DNA from: the human T2T-CHM13v2.0 reference genome, Homo sapiens | Strand: one strand, 5' to 3' | Length of the DNA stretch: 64,000 nucleotides | Assembly (NCBI RefSeq): GCF_009914755.1 | Contig: NC_060925.1 | Program-made: the position numbers and the translations under genes | In this document: in pieces, positions 57,863 to 64,000 of the stretch | How the letters are laid out: the number at the start of each line of letters is the position of its first letter | How positions within the stretch are numbered: position 1 is the first letter of the stretch | Notes under the pieces: model-generated | Told to the model about the DNA's origin: nothing | Seen by the model: only the letters and a program-made list of their open reading frames with translations | The model's database searches: none

Positions 57863-58087
57863 CATATCCCCCATGTGGGGCTGAAACTCAAACTTCATAG
57901 GGGGGCAGAAGACGTTGTTGTACATCTCCATGAGGCGCTGCTTGTCACTGGTGGCATCCAGGTTTTCTACTGCATTCTCGATGGCATCCAGACCCTCATG
58001 CTTCGACTGTTCCAGGTTTAACTCAGCAGAGAGGAAGGTGCGTAGAGCCCGGTTCAGACTTGCATGGTAGCCTAAGTCACAACACTG
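57863..58087 (-). CDS. SRGAP2: SRGAP2 paralog exon 7 (F-BAR)
   Basis: cccacagCAG TGT...GAT ATG|gtgagg; encodes (Q)CCDLGYHASLNRALRTFLSAELNLEQSKHEGLDAIENAVENLDATSDKQRLMEMYNNVFCPPMKFEFQPHMGDM, in frame with exons 8 and 9. Upstream exons lie beyond the right edge. Confidence 0.93.
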
Positions 58088-60089
58088 CTGTGGGAAGGAG
58101 AAGGCACATGAGCACACCATGGACAGCCCCAAGGCTTGGCAGAAAAGGAAGGTGGTCCAGAGGGCAGATCTGACCACATCAATAGGCTTGGCTGTGCAGT
58201 AGAAAGACGGCTGACATTCCGACTTCCAAGGTCTGGGTGAGAGTTCTCAGTTCTTGACTCCCAATTCAACGGTTAAACACACCCTACAGGGCTGTGAGGT
58301 GGTTAGGAGGAAGAAGACTCATAAGGATAAAATGACATTATTTAATTAAGCGCTATTTCATAAACATGAGAAGAATTGAGAGTTAAAGAGAATCCTCTTT
58401 CATTTTCAGGTTTATCTGGGGTTGTCATTATAACAAAATTCAACAATAAAAATACAACCTGCCACTCACTGAGGCTTACTGTGGTTAAATCACTATATAG
58501 CAACCAAGCCAGGCCATTTCAGGGTTCTGAAAGCAGGAGTATTGCAACAGCAGCTAATGTATGCAAGCTCAACTCTAGATGGGAGAAGGAGAGAATGGGG
58601 AGCTGACTCTGTGGGTCATCATCCCCACCAATGCCCAACATCCTAGGACAGGCCTTAGCTGCAGACTAGGGTTTCTGACATGCCTCCTCCTTCCTGGCAT
58701 CTGACAACAGATGCCCCTGCACTACAGAAATAGCATTTATAAGACTAAAAAGCTCTACGCAAAAGTGTTACTGGAAAAATTCATGCCATGTAAAGGATTC
58801 TGATTTTTTACAACAAAATGCAAAAAGAGGCAACTGTATAAAAAAAGCACTGGCGCAGAATCAAGCAACCTTGGAAAAGCCACTCCCCTTCTCTGGACCT
58901 GTTTCTTCCATAGTAAAATGAACAGATTTGGCCAGGCTAGTGGCTTTCAAGCAGTAGACCAGAGCTGGCACTGAAGCTGCCCTTGAGAAGTGAGTAAAAG
59001 GACAACCCAACTACTAGGACTTGGAGTCTTCTATTCCTCCTTCAACCAAGCCAACCCTGCTCTTTTTTCTATTTAATATTTAGGGATTCTATGTAAGGTT
59101 TGGTTTGAAGAAAGAATTCTTCTGTTAGAGAAAAGTCTGAAAATCCTTGGACTAAATGTAATCCCTAAGGCCCTCTTCAGCAATGGCATTCTGTAACTCT
59201 GTGATAATATTCCCCATCCCTCCCAAAAGACCCAGAGATCCCAATTCCTTGGCCATCCATCATCCTCTCTATTGCTTAAGCAGCTCTGAGGTCCGGGTCC
59301 TAAGAAGAAACCTCAAAGAAGAATCTATGCATAGAGTAAGGCCATCTGCCTGATTGCCATTTCATTGCACAAGCAAGCATCAAATTAACTCTCCCCACAG
59401 CCTTTTCCTCTCATCATGATCACACTGGAAGCAGCTACTATTGGGGAAGAAAAGGCATATGATGTGCCTCCTCTTTCCTGGCATCTGACAAGAAGCTCAG
59501 TGAGAACATCAGTTGGGTTGGGCTCTGGGTTCAGTGCCAACAGGCCCTGGCAGCTGCCTGGCTGCAGTGGAATAACAGCAGTTACAACTTAACTAGAGGC
59601 AGAGGATGGAAAGACATTAAATTCAGTTGGGAGGGAAGAGCAAATGGAAGCTAGACAAAAGCGGCTCATTAGGACGCTGCACGGGCATGGGCTCTCTGGG
59701 AGATGCTGCTGGTCTCACCAGGCTGCCCTTGAACCTGTAAACCTTCCTGACTAGCTCTATGTAGACCCTGTTGATGAGCTCTATGCCTATAAGTCTAATG
59801 AACAGAAGTAACACGGCCCACAGAGTGTATGAGTGTGGGTGGAGGGGGTGTGGGCAGGGGGTAGAATCTGGGAGAGAAAAGTTACCCTTCAAAAAACTTT
59901 TACCTGTTTTTGGTAATTTCCCTTTCCTCTCCATTCTTACTACCTCTACCCCTATTCATACCCTCACCGTCAGCTTCACTGTCCTAAACTGTGACTTTAA
60001 TTATGGCACTTTCCTGTTGAAGAACCTAAAATACCTCTCATTTTTTTTCCCCAAGGTAAAATCCACCTTCCTCAGTTTTGAAATTTAAA

Positions 60090-60280
60090 AAATGCTTCTA
60101 TTTCACTAAGTATGCTTACTATACGTCAGTCCATGTGCTAAGTGCTTTATATACATTCTACATTTTAATCCTCATAATAACCCCAATGAGGTTGGTATAA
60201 TCTTAATTTTCCAGGCTTGAAAGCTGAGGTTCAGTGAAGTTAAATAATTTGAGCAAGGTTCAATAGCCAGAACAAACTGT
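60090..60280. mobile_element. MIR fragment
   Basis: gtgctaagtgctttat...ttaatcctcataataaccc...gctgaggttcagtgaagttaaataatttg...aagg MIR core motifs. Confidence 0.65.
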
Positions 60281-62239
60281 AATCTGTCTTCAATCTACCC
60301 ATCCAACATCAACTCCCTTTATTTTCTTCTTCAGATTCATCTGCTCTAATCCAATGAGATACTCTCTGTTTAGGGTAGAGTATTAGTCTTCAAATCAGCT
60401 ATATGGCCATAAGCAAGCTACTTAATCCTTCTGGGCCTCAAATGAGGATAACACCAGCCACACAGGTTGTTGTAGGCTAACAGGCAATATATTTACAGAT
60501 ATTTGGTACCATGTAGACACTTTAAAAAAATACTAATATAGCTCCAAATCCACTGACCTCTGCCCTTCAGCTCCCAGAATGTCCTTTTCCTTAAATGTTT
60601 CCTATGCCTCTCACCTGTTGGAATTGGACCAGATCTTCAAGATCCAAATTAAATTCTTAGCCTCTGGGAAGCCAGCCAACCCTGCAATCCTAGACTCCAG
60701 TGACCCTGGCCTCTACTTAGAACCACACTAATCTGCAGCTTTCATATGACAAGGAATACGCTTCTTCATTCTATGACTTGCCATGTCATATCACCCCAAC
60801 CAGACTAGCTTCTCACTCTTCTTTACATCCCTCAGCATTAGGCCTTGCTCACAGCAGGCATTTAATAAATTTCAGTTGACTGATTGATACCACAAATACA
60901 GATTCCAGCCTCTCAGGAAATAAAACATTTAGGCTGAATACTGACCTAAGTCAAGTGGGTAGATGGGGCCAGTGAAGCCATTTGTTTTGCTTACTCTATG
61001 GCCAAAGGGAGGCTGGGAGTTTTCCCAGGCTGGCGCACTGCCTCTGTTTATATAACTATTCTGTAGCTTCTTTGTGCCAATGAGTGAGGGTCTGAGTCAC
61101 AATGTGCCCCTGGCTCCTCTACACCTCTAGCCAACCAGGCAGATTCGGAAGAGGTTCTCCAGAGTCTTGACTATCTATATACCTGTAGGGGAAACAGCCA
61201 GAAACCGAGCCTTCAGCGAAGAAGCAATATCTGGCAAGGTTGGGTAAATGAGATTTGAATATTTCATCCTGTTCCAAGAAGAATCCCAATAAGTACAGGA
61301 AGCACATTATTTTGCTCACAGTGGGGACAAAGCAGGCTTTCCATGGCTTCTGATGAGTTCTGTGGCCACGCTGGACTCCCCTGGCCATTTCTGGGTTATA
61401 TAAATGTTTGATGAAAAATCTCTCAGGGGAAATCAAATTTTTGTAAGAAGTTAATGACAGCCCATCCAGATGTATGATGACTTGAGTTGATAGCTCATTA
61501 ACCCTTTCCCAGCTGATATCTTCACCCAGAGACTCCACAAGGCCTGGAAAGGAAAAATGGGTGTTTCACAACACCCACTTCAAGTTCACACAAAAGAGAA
61601 AAATAACTGCCCTTAATGACATTTCTTACTGAAACAGCCAAGTTCCCTCATGTCCGACTTGGGTGCACATGGTGTCACAGACCTTCCATACATGTACACG
61701 GCACTTACAACACTCCAGCTATGCATGAGGACAATGCCCTGTTCTTCATTCATCCATCTGCTCCTGGGTTGAGAGAGCCAGAAGAGTATGGGGGAGGAAA
61801 ATTACATTCCAGTGAGCCTACCGTTCTTAGATGCCATCAAATGAGCTCAGAACGTCTTTTTGGCCTGAAGTCAAGGTTTCCCCAGTGTGGCAGATGCCTC
61901 ACGTGGATTCCTACAGTCTGAAGTTTAAATCTTGCACTATACTATAAAAAGAAGTCGGAGGCTAGTCCTTGGTCAATGTAATGGCATCAACAAAAATAAC
62001 TTCTTTTCACTTATCCTCAATGCCTTATGCACACATTTGGCTTCAGAACCACTAGGAAGGAGGCAGAAGGCTGTACATGACACAGATGGCAATGGACTGC
62101 AACAGGATTCATCCCATGTCTTAAAGCAAGTAATGAATAATGTTAAGATCAGGATGCCAATATCCCAGGCTCCTCACTTAGTCCTGCTCTAACTGCATCC
62201 TTTTGGCCCTTTTTATCTCATAGGTCAGCAAGAAAAAGA

Positions 62240-62585
62240 AAGACACTACCGATACATGCAAACAACATGGATGAAATTCAAAAACATCATGTTGGCAAAA
62301 GATGCCAGACACAAAAAAGGATAATCCCATCTTTGTGAAGTTCTACAACGGGCAAAACTAATTTATGGTGAAAGAAATCATAACAGTGGTTGCCTTGGGG
62401 TGGGGGACTGGCTGGGAAGAGACAAGAGAAACTTTCTGAGGCAATGGAAAGATATCTCTTATCAAAATATTTATTCTATATCTTGACATAGATTACAAAG
62501 ATGTACAAATTTGTCAAAACTCTTGAAACTGTAACACTTAAGTTTAGTTACTGTATGTAAATTATACTTCAAAACCATATTGAAA
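62240..62585 (+). mobile_element. Old L1M 3' end fragment
   Basis: aacatggatgaa..tcaaaaacatcatgttg...ggcaaaactaatttatggtg...atttgtcaaaactc...tgtatgtaaattatacttcaa. Confidence 0.75.
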
Positions 62586-63268
62586 GGTACAAAAAGAAAA
62601 ACCGATCTTAGCTTAGATGATCATCTTCCTCCTCTTTCTATTCCTTTCTTCCTTCAGTAAACACACTATGTGCTCAGCTATATATTAAGCACTGGAGGCT
62701 ACTAAGGTAAAGAAAACTCTTGGTTCCTGCTCTCACAGAACTTAACAGATGAGACTGAGATCTTCCTCTGTTCATAGTACAATGGCTCACAAACACTTTT
62801 TTGACTCCCAACTCACAATAAGAAACACATCTTCTATTGTCACACACTCCCCCATAGGATGTACAAGTGTGTACATACATATCTAACATAAAAGTTTCAC
62901 ATAATCTTACCAATGTGATGTACTCTAATATTTTCTTTCTTATTCTAGTCTCATCTAGTCATCTGAAAACACAGGTTAAACCAATAAAAGTGATTTCCTG
63001 ACTTTCTTAAGGGATCTGACCAATGGTTTGAAAAATGTTGTCTTACAGCCTATGACTACCTCTAGGGTGAGAACTACTATAATCCATTTTTACCCCAATA
63101 CTGAGCACGTGGCTTCTCCCTAAATAAATATTTACTGAACATTTATAGAGCAGAATAATACAACTTTAAAAAAAATAATGAATGTGTCCATATCCCAGGA
63201 AAAACAACAAAAACCCAACCAACCAACAAACTAAAACAAGACACAACCAAAACAGCAGCAAAGAAACG

Positions 63269-63540
<272 letters not shown>

Positions 63541-64000
63541 TTATTACTACCTATGTAGCCTTTTGATCCCAGTGATCTAGACCCACACCCTGCCAAGTAC
63601 TAAGGCAGCCTCTTTTTCAATGGCATGTCACACCACATCCTGTGAAATTAGGCTCTTAGCAGACGTTTTTTTTTTTTAAATGATGAAAATAAGGTACAAA
63701 ATACCTCGCTTCTTGGACTGATTTTAAAACGCTTGGTTATACCTGATGGAGAATCTATGGATTGCAAAGGTTGTGGCTGATACAGCAGTAACCCCTCCCT
63801 TCCCCTGAGATCAGTATTTTGGTGAAAAAGGTAGGGAAGTTGCCTTGAGTACAAAAAAAGAGAAGAGGGCTAACCAATAGCAGCGGTGTGGCAGACAGCA
63901 CAGTCTGAATTTTTACCAAATGCGAGATAAATAGCAGAAATTGTGCATAAGAAAGAATGGATTCTCTTCCTTATGCTGAGAACAGGCCTCTCTCCCAACA

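Noticed and set aside
52907-58087. Assignment to ancestral SRGAP2A, or specifically to SRGAP2C
   Set aside because: The gene is followed by pericentromeric duplicons instead of exon 10, and the SRGAP2C-diagnostic substitutions I recall lie in upstream exons outside this window.

Overview
Human (primate) pericentromeric segmental-duplication DNA, very probably chr1q21.1/1p11-12; it is not prokaryotic, and nearly all ORFs in the track are artefacts of repeats. From left to right: (1) ~20.1 kb of a strand-asymmetric CAGC/CAAGC satellite with higher-order block duplications; (2) an Alu-dense segment carrying an isolated, intact striatin (STRN) coiled-coil exon that is missing from the ORF track; (3) an IGKV1 (Vkappa I) orphon on the minus strand with an open V-region and decayed promoter, start codon and RSS; (4) a 1.75 kb CpG-rich CAAAAAGCCGCGGCGG(G)n repeat; (5) an abrupt L1/Alu junction at ~49,523, the likely duplication breakpoint; (6) the last three coding exons of a human-specific truncated SRGAP2 paralog (B/C/D type, minus strand) ending in the intron-derived tail VRECYGF*. 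The main novel leads are the orphan STRN exon, the breakpoint, a possible SRGAP2-to-IGKV splice that would also give a 7-aa tail, and the STRN+IGKV cassette bracketed by two oppositely G-skewed repeats. Repeat family names are by eye, not from a database search.
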